Shown in pieces: positions 7,945 to 18,054 of a DNA stretch of 64,000 bases. Within the stretch, counting starts at the first letter, position 1. The number at the start of each line of letters is the position of its first letter. Below the pieces are notes generated by a model. It did no database searches. It saw only the letters and a list, made by a program, of their open reading frames with translations, and had not been told where the DNA came from. Position numbers and translations under genes: made by a program. Source of the DNA: Desulfosoma sp. (GTDB taxonomy: Bacteria; Desulfobacterota; Syntrophobacteria; Syntrophobacterales; DSM-9756); the NCBI GenBank assembly GCA_037481835.1, contig JBBFKW010000010.1:32001-96000 (forward strand). The letters run 5' to 3'.

Positions 7945-9021
7945 ATGCCCATCGCGGCCCGTTGCGGAAAAAATCGCGGCACGCCCCTTAGCGCTCAGAC
8001 CCAGGATTCACCCCTTCCCACCGTAGCCGTGGTCAGCCCCAAACCGGCCCAACCGGCCTCCCCCCTTCTCAGCGCAGAAGTCAAGCCGGTCCAGGAAGCG
8101 CCCATCTATGCCCGGGCCAATGGGTACCTCAAGCGCCGGTATGTGGACATGGGCGATGCGGTCCATGAAGGGCAACTTCTGGCGGAAATCGATGCGCCCG
8201 AATTGCTCCAGGAACTGCAGCGGGCTCGAGCCCAGCTCGCCCAGGCTGAGGCCGCTTTGGAACTGGCCCGAGTCACCGCGCAGCGTTGGGCCGAGCTCGT
8301 AAAAACCGCCAGCGTCAGCGAGCAGGAAAACGCGGAAAAACAAGCGGACCACCGGTTGAAGAAAGCCAATGCGGCGGCGGCCCGAGCAGAAGTGCAGCGC
8401 CTGGAGCAGATGGTGTCCTACACTCGGATCACTGCCCCCTTCCCCGGGGTCATCGCGAGCCGAAATGTGGATGTGGGGGATTTGATCGTCGCCGGGGCCG
8501 CCAAGGCCCTCTTCCGGCTCGCCCAAACCCAACGCTTGACTGTTTCCGTCCAGGTGCCCCAGCACATGGCTCGGGACATCCGGGTCGGGCAGGAGGCTGA
8601 AATGACTGTTGCGGAACTCCGCGGCCGGACCTTCCATCCTCGCGTGGTGCGTACGGCGGGCGTCATCGCCGCGGATTCCCGCACGTTCTTGGTGGAACTG
8701 GAACTGGACAATCCCGGCGGTGAGGTGCTGGCCGGGAGCTACGCCCAGGTTTTGTTCAAGGAAGCGGGCGCGCCGCCCGCCTTGACCCTTCCGACCCGGG
8801 CAGTGCTTTTTCGACCTGAAGGAGCCCGAGTTGCCGTTTTCGGAGAGCTGGGCGTTGTGGAGCTTCGCGCCGTGACCCTGGGCCGGGACTTCGGCCAAAC
8901 GATGGAGATTTTGAGCGGCCTCAACGCCACGGACCGGGTCGTCGCCAATCCTCCCGATTTCCTGGAAGCCGGCGTCAAGGTGCGTGCAGCCACGGCGGAC
9001 GATAAGGAGAAAAGCCGATGA
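7945..9021 (+). CDS. RND efflux periplasmic adaptor (MFP), apparently lacking its N-terminal anchor
   Basis: IYARANGYL..VDMGDAVHEGQLLAEIDAPE, ITAPFPGVI..VDVGD; no hydrophobic N-terminus; start uncertain. Confidence 0.75.
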   Translation: MPIAARCGKNRGTPLSAQTQDSPLPTVAVVSPKPAQPASPLLSAEVKPVQEAPIYARANGYLKRRYVDMGDAVHEGQLLAEIDAPELLQELQRARAQLAQAEAALELARVTAQRWAELVKTASVSEQENAEKQADHRLKKANAAAARAEVQRLEQMVSYTRITAPFPGVIASRNVDVGDLIVAGAAKALFRLAQTQRLTVSVQVPQHMARDIRVGQEAEMTVAELRGRTFHPRVVRTAGVIAADSRTFLVELELDNPGGEVLAGSYAQVLFKEAGAPPALTLPTRAVLFRPEGARVAVFGELGVVELRAVTLGRDFGQTMEILSGLNATDRVVANPPDFLEAGVKVRAATADDKEKSR

Positions 9022-10553
9022 AGAGTCTTGTGGAGGGCGGCGAACGGTCGCGGGCGAAACGGTTTTTGGGGATTTTCTGGGCGGGGCTGAGCGCCGTGAT
9101 CCTCATGGGCGGCTGCACCGTGGGACCCAACTATCGACGACCCGAAGCCACGGCGGTCCCCCAGGCTTACAGCAGAATCCCAGAGGGGTGGAAGATGGCC
9201 GAGCCCCAAGCGCATCTGCCCAAAGGGCGGTGGTGGGAAATTTTTGGAGATTCCGAGCTGAACCGGCTGGAAAACCAAGCCCAGGCCGCCAATCAGAACC
9301 TCAAAGCCGCCTACGCCCGTTTCGCCCAAGCGCGCGCCGTCGCGGACGCGGCCCGATCCGGCCTGTTCCCCCGCCTGGGGGCTTCCTTTCAGGCCCTGGA
9401 ACAGCACGACTCGGAAAACCGCCCCGTCGGCGGAAAGCGGGGGCAAACCTACGATGTTTTCACTGTGCCCTTTGATCTGAGCTACGAAGTGGACTTATGG
9501 GGGCGGGTTCGCCGCTCCGCGGAATCCGCCTCCGCCCAGGCGGAAGCCTTCGCTGATGACGCCGAAGCCGTCAAATTGTCCATCCAGGCGGAAGCGGCCG
9601 CCGACTACTTCACGATCCGGACGCTGGACGCCGACAGGGCTCTGCTTCTTTCCACGATCGACGTGTACCAAAAGTCATTGGAACTGGTCCGCAACCGCCG
9701 CTCGGGCGGCGTAGCCTCCGACTTGGACGTCGCCCAGGCGGAAACCGTTTTGAAAACCGCAAGGGCCCAGGTTTCAGACAACGCCCTGCAAAGGGCCAAG
9801 TTCGAAACGGCCTTGGCCGTACTCCTGGGACAAAACCCGTCCCTTTTCCACCTGGTCGAGGCGCCCTTGGATCTGGGGCCTCCCGTCGCCCCCGACCCGG
9901 GACTGCCCAGTGCCCTTCTGGAACGCCGTCCCGACATCGCCGCTTCGGAACGGCGCATGGCCGCCGCCAACGCCCAGATCGGCACGGCCACGGCCGCTTT
10001 TTTCCCCACGATCAAATTGGGCCTAACCACCGGGTTCTGGAGCGGGGCTTTGGGGTCCGATAGGGACCTGAGCACCTTATTCGAAAAATCCAGTCAGTTT
10101 TGGATCGTCAATCCCGCCCTGATCCTTCCCGTCATTCAAGGAGGCCAGCTGAGCGCCAACCTCCGGCAGGCCAAGGCGGCCTATGAAGAAGCCGTGGCTC
10201 GGTATCGGCAGACGGTCCTGGCGGCTTTTGCGGAGGTGGAAAGCAGCCTGGCGGCGGTGCACCACTTGGCCCGGCAATATGACGACCTGCGGGACGCCCT
10301 GGTGTCGGCCCGCACGCAGCTGGATGTGGCCCATCATCGGTATGTGGCCGGCCTGGTGACGTATCTGCAGGTGGCGACGGCCCAAAACACGTCTTTGGGA
10401 ATCGAGCGCTCCGCCTTGCGCCTGCGAGGCCAGCAGCTGGTGGCCACGGTGGGATTGATCAAGGCGTTGGGCGCAGGGTGGGAGTCCCCTTCGTCCGTTC
10501 CCCCGAAGCAAAACGACGGACAATTTCAGCCACAGGACCCGAACGATCACTGA
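9018..10553 (+). CDS. Outer-membrane efflux lipoprotein (NodT/OprM family)
   Basis: Lipobox GGCTVGPNY, WWEIFGD, SYEVDLWGR, GLPSALLERRPDI, KALGAGW. Confidence 0.92.
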   Translation: MKSLVEGGERSRAKRFLGIFWAGLSAVILMGGCTVGPNYRRPEATAVPQAYSRIPEGWKMAEPQAHLPKGRWWEIFGDSELNRLENQAQAANQNLKAAYARFAQARAVADAARSGLFPRLGASFQALEQHDSENRPVGGKRGQTYDVFTVPFDLSYEVDLWGRVRRSAESASAQAEAFADDAEAVKLSIQAEAAADYFTIRTLDADRALLLSTIDVYQKSLELVRNRRSGGVASDLDVAQAETVLKTARAQVSDNALQRAKFETALAVLLGQNPSLFHLVEAPLDLGPPVAPDPGLPSALLERRPDIAASERRMAAANAQIGTATAAFFPTIKLGLTTGFWSGALGSDRDLSTLFEKSSQFWIVNPALILPVIQGGQLSANLRQAKAAYEEAVARYRQTVLAAFAEVESSLAAVHHLARQYDDLRDALVSARTQLDVAHHRYVAGLVTYLQVATAQNTSLGIERSALRLRGQQLVATVGLIKALGAGWESPSSVPPKQNDGQFQPQDPNDH

Positions 10554-10830
10554 GCACCCGGACGCCGCGCCTTTCCAGCAGGACCCGAGCCCGTTCCTCG
10601 ATGGCTCCGCACACGAAGACTTGCACGCCCAGGGCCAACACCTTTTCCAGCTTCTGCTGCACGGGCTGTTCCGCCACGTCGAGAGGCATGCGAAGGCGCA
10701 CACGGCCCTTGTGGAAGACGCACAGGAGGATTTCCCGCGCCGTGGCGAAATGGGGCGCGATATCGGACCCGAAGCTGGGGATGGCCACCTTGAGGAAACC
10801 CTGTTGGGAGGGTGTCGTCGTCTCGGGCAT
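10459..10830 (-). CDS. NifB/NifX-family small protein
   Basis: KVAIP..IAPHFATA, GVQVFVCGAI, LERRGVRV. Confidence 0.7.
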   Translation of the reverse strand: MPETTTPSQQGFLKVAIPSFGSDIAPHFATAREILLCVFHKGRVRLRMPLDVAEQPVQQKLEKVLALGVQVFVCGAIEERARVLLERRGVRVLSDRSGPVAEIVRRFASGERTKGTPTLRPTP

Positions 10831-10842
10831 GGAGCCCTCCGG

Positions 10843-12225
10843 TTATGAGATGCCGTAGCGCTTCATCTTGCGCCACAGCGTCGCTCGGCTGATGCCCAGT
10901 TCACGAGCCGCTTCCACGCGATTGCCGTGGACCTTGCGCAGCACCCAGCGGATGGTGCGTTCTTCGGACGAGGCCAAAAGGGAGGCCTCGGGCCGTTCCC
11001 GGCGCCGGCTTCGCACTTTGCCCACCACATCCATGGGCAAATGCTTCACTTCAATGACAGGGCCGGAACACAGGACGCACGCATGTTCGATGATGTTTTC
11101 CAGTTCGCGCACGTTCCCGGGAAAGTCATAGTTCATCAGCAGACTCAAGGCCGGTTCGGAAATCTCGCGGATGTTTTTCCCGCACACGGCATTGTATTTT
11201 TTCAGCATGTGGCGGGCCAGCAAAGGGATGTCTTCCCGGCGCTCCGCCAGCGTGGGCAGCCGGATGCCGATGACATTCAGCCGGTAGAAGAGGTCGCCTC
11301 GAAAGGCGCCTTCCTCAACCTTGCGCTCTAGGTCCACGTTGCTGGCCGCCACAATGCGCACATCGGCGGACACGGGTTCCGTCGCGCCCAATGGGACGAA
11401 AACCCGTTCTTCCAAGAATCGCAGGAGCTTCACCTGGAGCGCGCCGGACATGCACCCCACTTCGTCGAGAAAGAGCGTGCCGCCGGCTGCGGTCTGCAAC
11501 CGCCCCGGCTTGTCTTTCTTGGCATCCGTAAAGGCCCCCTTGCGATAGCCGAAAAGCTCGGATTCCAACAGAGGGTCCGGGATGGCCCCGCAGTTGAGCT
11601 TCACGAAGGGACCGTCGCGGCGGGGGCTGAGCTGGTGGATGATGCGGGCGAGCATACTCTTGCCCGTGCCGCTTTCCCCCTGGATCAAGACCGTGCTGGG
11701 GCTTTCGGCCACCACCGGAAGAAGCTCGAGAATTTCCTGCATGAGCGGGTTCTTGCTGACGACCTCGCCGAAGTGGTAGGAATCGTGGAGGACCTTGCGC
11801 AAGTCCTCCTCCACGCTGCAATCCCGCACCACTTCCACCGCCGCCACGACCCGCCCCTGCGCATCCTTAATGGGGGAGACCGAAACGCACACGGGTACTT
11901 CCCGGTGATCCCGGGTGACGATCCGCGCCGGTCGATCCCGAACCCCCTCCCCGCTCTGAAAGACGACGTCCAAAGGGCATTGGGTCTGGCACAGGTTGGA
12001 ACGCAAGATGTCATAACAGGTTCGGCCCAGGGCCTCGTCCACACGAAAACCCGTGAGGCGTTCCGCCGCATGATTAAAGAACCCTTCAATGCGCCGATCC
12101 CGACCCACCACGAAGACTCCGTCACCGATACTGTTCATGATCAAACAGCAGGTGTGCCCGTTTTCCGTCACGCCGCAGAGGGACGGGGCCCCTGCGGGCA
12201 AGCCCTCTTCATCCCGTCCGTTCAT
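10843..12225 (-). CDS. PAS-domain sigma-54 enhancer-binding protein
   Basis: PAS with C-x8-C-x3-CP, GESGTGKS, GAFTDA, FLDEV, GNVRELEN, Fis-type HTH. Confidence 0.9.
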   Translation of the reverse strand: MNGRDEEGLPAGAPSLCGVTENGHTCCLIMNSIGDGVFVVGRDRRIEGFFNHAAERLTGFRVDEALGRTCYDILRSNLCQTQCPLDVVFQSGEGVRDRPARIVTRDHREVPVCVSVSPIKDAQGRVVAAVEVVRDCSVEEDLRKVLHDSYHFGEVVSKNPLMQEILELLPVVAESPSTVLIQGESGTGKSMLARIIHQLSPRRDGPFVKLNCGAIPDPLLESELFGYRKGAFTDAKKDKPGRLQTAAGGTLFLDEVGCMSGALQVKLLRFLEERVFVPLGATEPVSADVRIVAASNVDLERKVEEGAFRGDLFYRLNVIGIRLPTLAERREDIPLLARHMLKKYNAVCGKNIREISEPALSLLMNYDFPGNVRELENIIEHACVLCSGPVIEVKHLPMDVVGKVRSRRRERPEASLLASSEERTIRWVLRKVHGNRVEAARELGISRATLWRKMKRYGIS

Positions 12226-12272
12226 GACATGCCGCCTTCTTTGCTTGGGATGTTCGAAGACGTTCCGCTCCT

Positions 12273-14300
12273 TCAGGCGCCGTCCCGGGCGAGAAGGGCG
12301 GCCCCCAAGGCACCGATGATCTGCGGCTCCGGGGCCGTGGCAATGCGCCCTCCCAAGCGGCGTTCCAAGGCCTTGACGACCCCGGCGTTCTTGGCCACCC
12401 CCCCGGTCATGGCCACCACGGGCCGACGCCCGACCTTTTTCAGCAAGGCCGCGGTCCTTTCCGCCACACTCTCGCAAATGCCCCGGCAGATGGCCTCCAC
12501 CGGGTGCCCTTCCGCAATGTGGGACACCACCTCGCTTTCCGCAAAGACGGAACAGACCGAACTGATGGGCACGGCTCGAGACGCCCCGGCGCCCAAATCA
12601 CTCAAATCCTCGATGTCCATCTCCAGGGCTCGAGCCATGAGTTCCAGGAACCGGCCGGTTCCCGCGGCGCACTTGTCGTTCATGAGGAAGTTTTCCACCT
12701 CGCCCTTGTCGTTGACCGCAATGGCCTTGGTGTCCTGTCCCCCGATATCGATGATGGTGCGCACGTCGGGAAACAGATGCCACATGCCCCGCGCATGGCA
12801 CGTGATCTCGGTTATCTGCTCGTCGGCGAAATCCACCACTTTGCGGCCGTAACCCGTCGCCACGCACCGGCGCACGGACCCGTAGCGTCGGCTCACCTCA
12901 TGGAGGAACCCCTCAAGGGATGCCGCCGCCCGGCGGGCGCTGGCGCCGGTGGCGTTCATGACATGGGCCACCATGCGCCCCTGCGAGTCCACCACAACGG
13001 CCTTGGCCGTCATGGAGCCGATGTCGATCCCGGCAAAAAGCCCGTCGGACGATAGGCTCGTTTTCCGAACCTTTCCCGAACGCCTCTTCAAGAGTTCCAC
13101 GAAACCCTCCAATCGCGTCCGCGTCGGCCCTTCCGCATAACTGCGGCTGTCGATGCAATCCCCGTCAAGATCCAGGAACGGAACGCCGAACCGTTCCAGG
13201 AGTTCCGCCACAGCCCGGACGCCGCCCTGGCCCTGACGGCATCCCCAATGGGAAAAATGGACCACCCCGTCGGGCCTGGCCGAGCGCACCATGCATTCCA
13301 CCATGCGCAGCCGCCTGTCCACGGGCCCCAGCCCGGGATTCTGGAGCATCTTGACCGCCAGGCTCTCGTAAGGACGCTGCGGGTCCAAGGGATCCCAGAA
13401 GACGTGGGTGAGCTCATCCAACACGGGCCACAGGTTGAGCGTCCGTTCCATGAAGGGGACAAAATTCCCCTTGAAGTAGGGAAAGGTCAAGAGCCACACA
13501 AGTCGGAACCCGACACGGCCGGTATTCCCCTGGAGCGACGCCCGATGGATCTCTTCAGCAAGGTATTCCAAGAGCCGCGGCAGCTGCGGCAGACCGAGCA
13601 TGAGTTGCGCCTGGATCAAGGCCGTGCTCACGTCCTTTCCGCACACGCCGGCCGGCGCCGCCGCTCGCAACTGGTTCAGCCGAACCATGACGTCCCGGGC
13701 GGCGTTGCTGAAGCCGAAAACGCGTTCCCAGTCGTCCCGGCCGAGCTTTTTTCCGCTCAACGCCGACAAAACCGCGTCCGCACCCTCGATCTGCCGTTCC
13801 AGATAGACTCGGGCCTCGGGGGTATCCTCCTGGGGAACATCCAGGACGATGAAAGGAACCCCCAGACGCGCCGCCACTTCTTCCAAGGCCTTGCACTGGG
13901 TGTCGCACAGATGGGTCGTGGCCGCCACCGCGTCCAACGAGGGCAGGTACCCTTTCAAGAAGGCGGCCATGGCGGCCCGGTGAAAAGTGCAGCTTTCCAC
14001 GGGGAAGCCTTCCCCGTCCACGACGCCGAGGGCGTTTTTTTCAAGCCCCGTGGAAGCCAAGGCCGACGCCACGAACTCACCGAACATGGGCGTCATGCCG
14101 TGGGCGTGAAGCATTTCCACGGGAAAGAAAAAGCCCGCCAGCACCGTAGGTTTCTTTTTCGAATACAACGCGGCCAGAAGACGCAGGGTTTCATAGTGCA
14201 GGGCATCGAGAGCGGAACTCCCGGTGATAGCCCTCAGTTTTTCCACGGTGAGCAAACCTCTGGCCGCCAGCGGCATCAAGAAACGCTCAGCGTCCCGCAT
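12273..14300 (-). CDS. 2-hydroxyacyl-CoA dehydratase subunit fused to ATP-dependent activase (HgdC/BadF-like)
   Basis: N-half CTFH, CDTQ, HWGCRQ, LDGDCID; C-half GIDIGS, TEITCHARG, DIGGQDTK, MNDKCAAGTG, CSVFAESE. Confidence 0.88.
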   Translation of the reverse strand: MRDAERFLMPLAARGLLTVEKLRAITGSSALDALHYETLRLLAALYSKKKPTVLAGFFFPVEMLHAHGMTPMFGEFVASALASTGLEKNALGVVDGEGFPVESCTFHRAAMAAFLKGYLPSLDAVAATTHLCDTQCKALEEVAARLGVPFIVLDVPQEDTPEARVYLERQIEGADAVLSALSGKKLGRDDWERVFGFSNAARDVMVRLNQLRAAAPAGVCGKDVSTALIQAQLMLGLPQLPRLLEYLAEEIHRASLQGNTGRVGFRLVWLLTFPYFKGNFVPFMERTLNLWPVLDELTHVFWDPLDPQRPYESLAVKMLQNPGLGPVDRRLRMVECMVRSARPDGVVHFSHWGCRQGQGGVRAVAELLERFGVPFLDLDGDCIDSRSYAEGPTRTRLEGFVELLKRRSGKVRKTSLSSDGLFAGIDIGSMTAKAVVVDSQGRMVAHVMNATGASARRAAASLEGFLHEVSRRYGSVRRCVATGYGRKVVDFADEQITEITCHARGMWHLFPDVRTIIDIGGQDTKAIAVNDKGEVENFLMNDKCAAGTGRFLELMARALEMDIEDLSDLGAGASRAVPISSVCSVFAESEVVSHIAEGHPVEAICRGICESVAERTAALLKKVGRRPVVAMTGGVAKNAGVVKALERRLGGRIATAPEPQIIGALGAALLARDGA

Positions 14301-15438
14301 GAGTTTCCTTCCCCGCCCCCGTTGCCGGATCTCCTCGCGCATGGATCATTTCCACAAAGGCCTGCACCCGGGTTTCCATCTGCCCCCATGAAGCCGCCGA
14401 TCCGTCCCGTTCCACATGCAAAAACGGGATGTTTTCCTGCTCCATCACGGCGCTCAGGCGCGGGAGGCGCCATCGCACCATGTCGCAAAACTTCAGAGTC
14501 GGAAAAACGACCCCGTCCGCCTGGGTTCTTCGGACCACGGCCCGGATGTGCTCAACAAAACCCATGGCCTCAACGCGCCGGGCACAGGGCGCGCGGTTTA
14601 GATACCGGCGTGCCACGGCCCGCAGCGGATCCCCGGTTTCCGAGGTGAGCGTATCGAAATGGCGTGTGCCGGTGCACAGCGTATCGGCCACGACCCGGGT
14701 CCCGCACGATTCCACGAGTCGAACGAGCATGGGCGCATCCGCCGCGCATCCCCCCAGGACAAGGCGGGGCGGCGTCCCGGATTCGTCCCAGGATTCGTCT
14801 TCGCGATTTTCCTCGGAGGCGCACAGCGCGGCGCTTTCGGCAAGAAAACGCTTCTTGTCATCCACGAAAGCCTTGACCAGCCAGTGCGCGTAGTCGGTCC
14901 CGGAAATCCGCGGTTTCGGCAAGGATCGCACCGCGTCCAGCGCCCGCACCCTGCGGCGCGTTTCGTTCAGGATCGCCACCCCATGGCGAAGATCGGCCTC
15001 CGTCATGGGCCGCCCTGAAAGTCCCTCCAGGTACGCCGCCAGCCTTCTCAGAACGTCCACCCAGTAGCTTTCCGCCGCCGGCCCGGTGGCGAAGGGAAAA
15101 TCGAGCCGATACACGGGCGGCGCCTTGACGTGACGCTCCCACACGTCCGCAAGGCGCCTCATGGCATCACAGGAGTTCACCACCACGACGGCCGCCATGT
15201 GCCGGAAGGCGCCCGTGAGGGCGGCTTGGAGCACCCCGTGGACATAGGCGCAAAAGGTGGTGGGCAACACCGCTTCGGATTCTTCCCCTCGCGCTTCAAA
15301 ACCATAGAGGCGCTGCGGGAGAAAGCCGGCTGCAAGGAGAAGCTCTTCCGGCGTCGCCGAGCAGAGCCACCCCACCACAGGAGCGGTTCGAGAATCATGG
15401 GATTGGAAGACGTGACCGTGCCACAAATGGTTTTTCAT
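14287..15438 (-). CDS. 2-hydroxyacyl-CoA dehydratase D-type subunit
   Basis: VGWLCS.TPEELLLAAG, FCAYV, NSCDAMRR, LCTG, KFCD, TRVQAFVEM. Confidence 0.88.
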   Translation of the reverse strand: MKNHLWHGHVFQSHDSRTAPVVGWLCSATPEELLLAAGFLPQRLYGFEARGEESEAVLPTTFCAYVHGVLQAALTGAFRHMAAVVVVNSCDAMRRLADVWERHVKAPPVYRLDFPFATGPAAESYWVDVLRRLAAYLEGLSGRPMTEADLRHGVAILNETRRRVRALDAVRSLPKPRISGTDYAHWLVKAFVDDKKRFLAESAALCASEENREDESWDESGTPPRLVLGGCAADAPMLVRLVESCGTRVVADTLCTGTRHFDTLTSETGDPLRAVARRYLNRAPCARRVEAMGFVEHIRAVVRRTQADGVVFPTLKFCDMVRWRLPRLSAVMEQENIPFLHVERDGSAASWGQMETRVQAFVEMIHARGDPATGAGKETHAGR

Positions 15439-15569
15439 TGGCTATTTACGAAGCGTCCCTCTGATCCGATCCATGCAGTTCGACCCACGCCGCCACCACT
15501 CTGCGATAGGTTTCCGAAACGTTGTCATCGTCAGTCAAAATCCCTGCCAGTCGCAGCTGAGAGGCCGCC

Positions 15570-16547
15570 TCATCGAACACCATGGGCCGTGCCCTCCTGC
15601 CAGCCCCCTTTCTCGGCGCTTAAGGTTCGCAATCCCCGCAGGTAGGCCACATACGCCTTTCGGAGGAAAGGCCCAAAGCGCTTGGAAAGGGGGCGCTTCC
15701 CGTGTCGCGTATAATCTTTCAAAGCCCGGAGGATCGCCCCATCGCTCCAGCCGAGCCGCAGCCCCCTCAGCACCCGGTCCACCAGTTCGTACGGCCCGAG
15801 GAAATGTTCGTCGCGAACCCCGCCGAAACCCGGCGACGGGCTTTGCTCGATGATGTCCCGGGGCAGCCTGAGAAAACGGGCGAGACGCCGCACTTCTCCC
15901 TTGTCCAGATCCGCCAGTGGAGCCCAGTGACCGAAACGGGCGTCGTCGACGCCGCCTTCCACGAAATAGCCCAGTTCCCGTTCCGTTCGGTTGGCGCAGT
16001 TGACAATGGCCGCCCCCCGTCTGGCCGCGATGGTTTCCAGCACCGCCTTTCGCACCCGGTGGGCCGTGAGGAGCCGCTCGTAATGCCGCCGCATCCACGA
16101 AGAGTTCGGGGACCCCTTCACCCGAAGGACCAAGGCCCAGAGCACAGGCTTGGGGGCCAGTCGAGCAAGGAGCTGCAGCCCGAACTGCGTCGTCCAATAG
16201 GGAGGGAGCCTCAGAGGCTTTTCCCGATCGGCCGCCTCGGCCGTGATATCCACGGTGATGAGTTCCGCCCCGAGTCCCTCATAAAAACGCGGATGATAGT
16301 GTTCGCCCCGCACGCGCCCATCGATCATTTGCACCGCCAGAGTCGGAACTCCACAGGCCGTGCACAGGGCCGCGCACGTTGCGCTGTCCACTCCGCCGCT
16401 TGCCCCCAAGGCCACGGCCCCAAAAGGTCCCCGGAAAACCCCCTCGCGGATCTTCCGGCACCAGCAAGCCACAAAAGCCGCTTCCCACAGCCGCCCGCCC
16501 GCCTCGACGGCCGGCCCCTCCCCCCACACCGCCTCATCCCGCCTCAT
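15570..16547 (-). CDS. Divergent NAD+ synthetase (NadE)-like PP-loop ATPase
   Basis: SGGVDS, NRTE..LGYF, PLADLDKGEV..LA..L..P..II..PS; start overlaps radical SAM stop. Confidence 0.75.
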   Translation of the reverse strand: MRRDEAVWGEGPAVEAGGRLWEAAFVACWCRKIREGVFRGPFGAVALGASGGVDSATCAALCTACGVPTLAVQMIDGRVRGEHYHPRFYEGLGAELITVDITAEAADREKPLRLPPYWTTQFGLQLLARLAPKPVLWALVLRVKGSPNSSWMRRHYERLLTAHRVRKAVLETIAARRGAAIVNCANRTERELGYFVEGGVDDARFGHWAPLADLDKGEVRRLARFLRLPRDIIEQSPSPGFGGVRDEHFLGPYELVDRVLRGLRLGWSDGAILRALKDYTRHGKRPLSKRFGPFLRKAYVAYLRGLRTLSAEKGGWQEGTAHGVR

Positions 16548-17982
16548 AAAGCCTGACCTCGCGCTCCCACACCGGGTCCAGAAGCTCCTCCAGGCGACGG
16601 TCGTAATCCATGAAACACCTCATGTAATCCGCATCCTCGGCGGCCCGGCCCGCTTCCGCGTTGATGGGCCGAGCGGCGCTCGCCTCGATGATGGCATGGG
16701 CCACAGCGTGATGATCCCGGATGGGGCACGGCAGAAACAGATTGCGCACCCGTTCGGGAGGCTGATTGTAGCCGTATTGCGCCTGCCAGCACCGAATGCC
16801 CAGGAACAGCGGAGACTTCAAGGCATCCGACAGGCTCCGGCCCTTGGCGTAGAGGTCATAGACATTGTCCGTATGGTACGGGAAGAAGACGCACGGGGCG
16901 ATGTTTCCGTGCCAATCCACATGAAGGTAGCCGCCGGCACGGCCCGCCGCGATGCACCCCAAAGAAAGCACCCCACCGTTCCAGAAGTCCACATAAAAGT
17001 AACCTCTTTTTTCAAGGATTTGAAGCTCCCGTTCCAGCATCCACAGCCTCTGCTCGGGAGTCACCAGCAGGTCGAAGGAAGCATCACGGCCGATGGGCAT
17101 GTACTGAAAGATCCAGCCGTACGCAGCCCCTTGCTCTTCAAAGTAGAAGTCGAGAAACCGGTCCGAAAGGATCCGTTCGGCATTGTGACGGGTGGCCGTC
17201 ACGGAAATCCCGAACGGAACCCCCGCTTGCCGCAGACACTTCATGGCGTGCAGGATCCTTCGATGGGTCCCCGAACCGCGCCGGGCGTCCGTGTCTTCTT
17301 CGAATCCCTCCACGGAAATGGCGGGCGTCAGATTGGCCGCCTCGGCCATGCGCTGCGCCAAGGCTTCGCCGATGAGGGTCCCGTTGGTGAACACCAGAAA
17401 ATAGTTGTCGGCGTTCTCGGCGATCATATCGAGGAGATCCCAGCCGGCGCTGCGGTAGAGAAAGGGTTCGCCTCCAGAAATGACCGTAAAATGCGATCCC
17501 CATGCGTCCGTCTTCTCCCGAAGGAGGCGTCGGAAGACGGCGGCGTCCAAAGAGGCCGCCTGGTGCGAACGGTCCCCGGCGTAACAGCCCAGGCAGCGCA
17601 GGTTGCAGTTTTCGGTGGGGCTCACCACGATGAAACTCGGCGGGTCAAACCCGTAAACGGCGGCGAAGGCCCGGATCTTTTCCGTGTCGGCCAAAACGAA
17701 TTTGTCCACGAAGGTGTCCGCCAGGCTCTTGAGCGGCCCGTCGCCGATAAAGCCGCGTTGGGCGCCGCGGGCCCCGGCGTAAAGAAGGTTTTTCATGGCC
17801 TGGAAGCGCAACCGCTGCACCTGGCGGGGCCGGCACTCGGGGTTTTCCACAACGAGGTAATCGTAAAGGGCTTTTTCCAGTTGCTTCAGGGTGGGGTTGC
17901 GCAGCAGATTGTTCTTGAGCCCGAAGGCCAAGAGGCTTCTCTTGAGCTTCTCTCGAAAACTTCCTTTGGAAGCCGTCTTCAT
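16534..17982 (-). CDS. Radical SAM protein with SPASM/twitch-like C-terminus
   Basis: CNLRCLGC, ISGGEP, FTNGT, GCIAAG..APCVF, PCPIRD. Confidence 0.9.
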   Translation of the reverse strand: MKTASKGSFREKLKRSLLAFGLKNNLLRNPTLKQLEKALYDYLVVENPECRPRQVQRLRFQAMKNLLYAGARGAQRGFIGDGPLKSLADTFVDKFVLADTEKIRAFAAVYGFDPPSFIVVSPTENCNLRCLGCYAGDRSHQAASLDAAVFRRLLREKTDAWGSHFTVISGGEPFLYRSAGWDLLDMIAENADNYFLVFTNGTLIGEALAQRMAEAANLTPAISVEGFEEDTDARRGSGTHRRILHAMKCLRQAGVPFGISVTATRHNAERILSDRFLDFYFEEQGAAYGWIFQYMPIGRDASFDLLVTPEQRLWMLERELQILEKRGYFYVDFWNGGVLSLGCIAAGRAGGYLHVDWHGNIAPCVFFPYHTDNVYDLYAKGRSLSDALKSPLFLGIRCWQAQYGYNQPPERVRNLFLPCPIRDHHAVAHAIIEASAARPINAEAGRAAEDADYMRCFMDYDRRLEELLDPVWEREVRLYEAG

Positions 17983-18054
17983 GGCAGTTCCTCCTTTCTC
18001 GTTTCAGAGGCCCTGAGGGCGTGCCCACGGCGGGACGGGAAAACCCGCGCCCAT

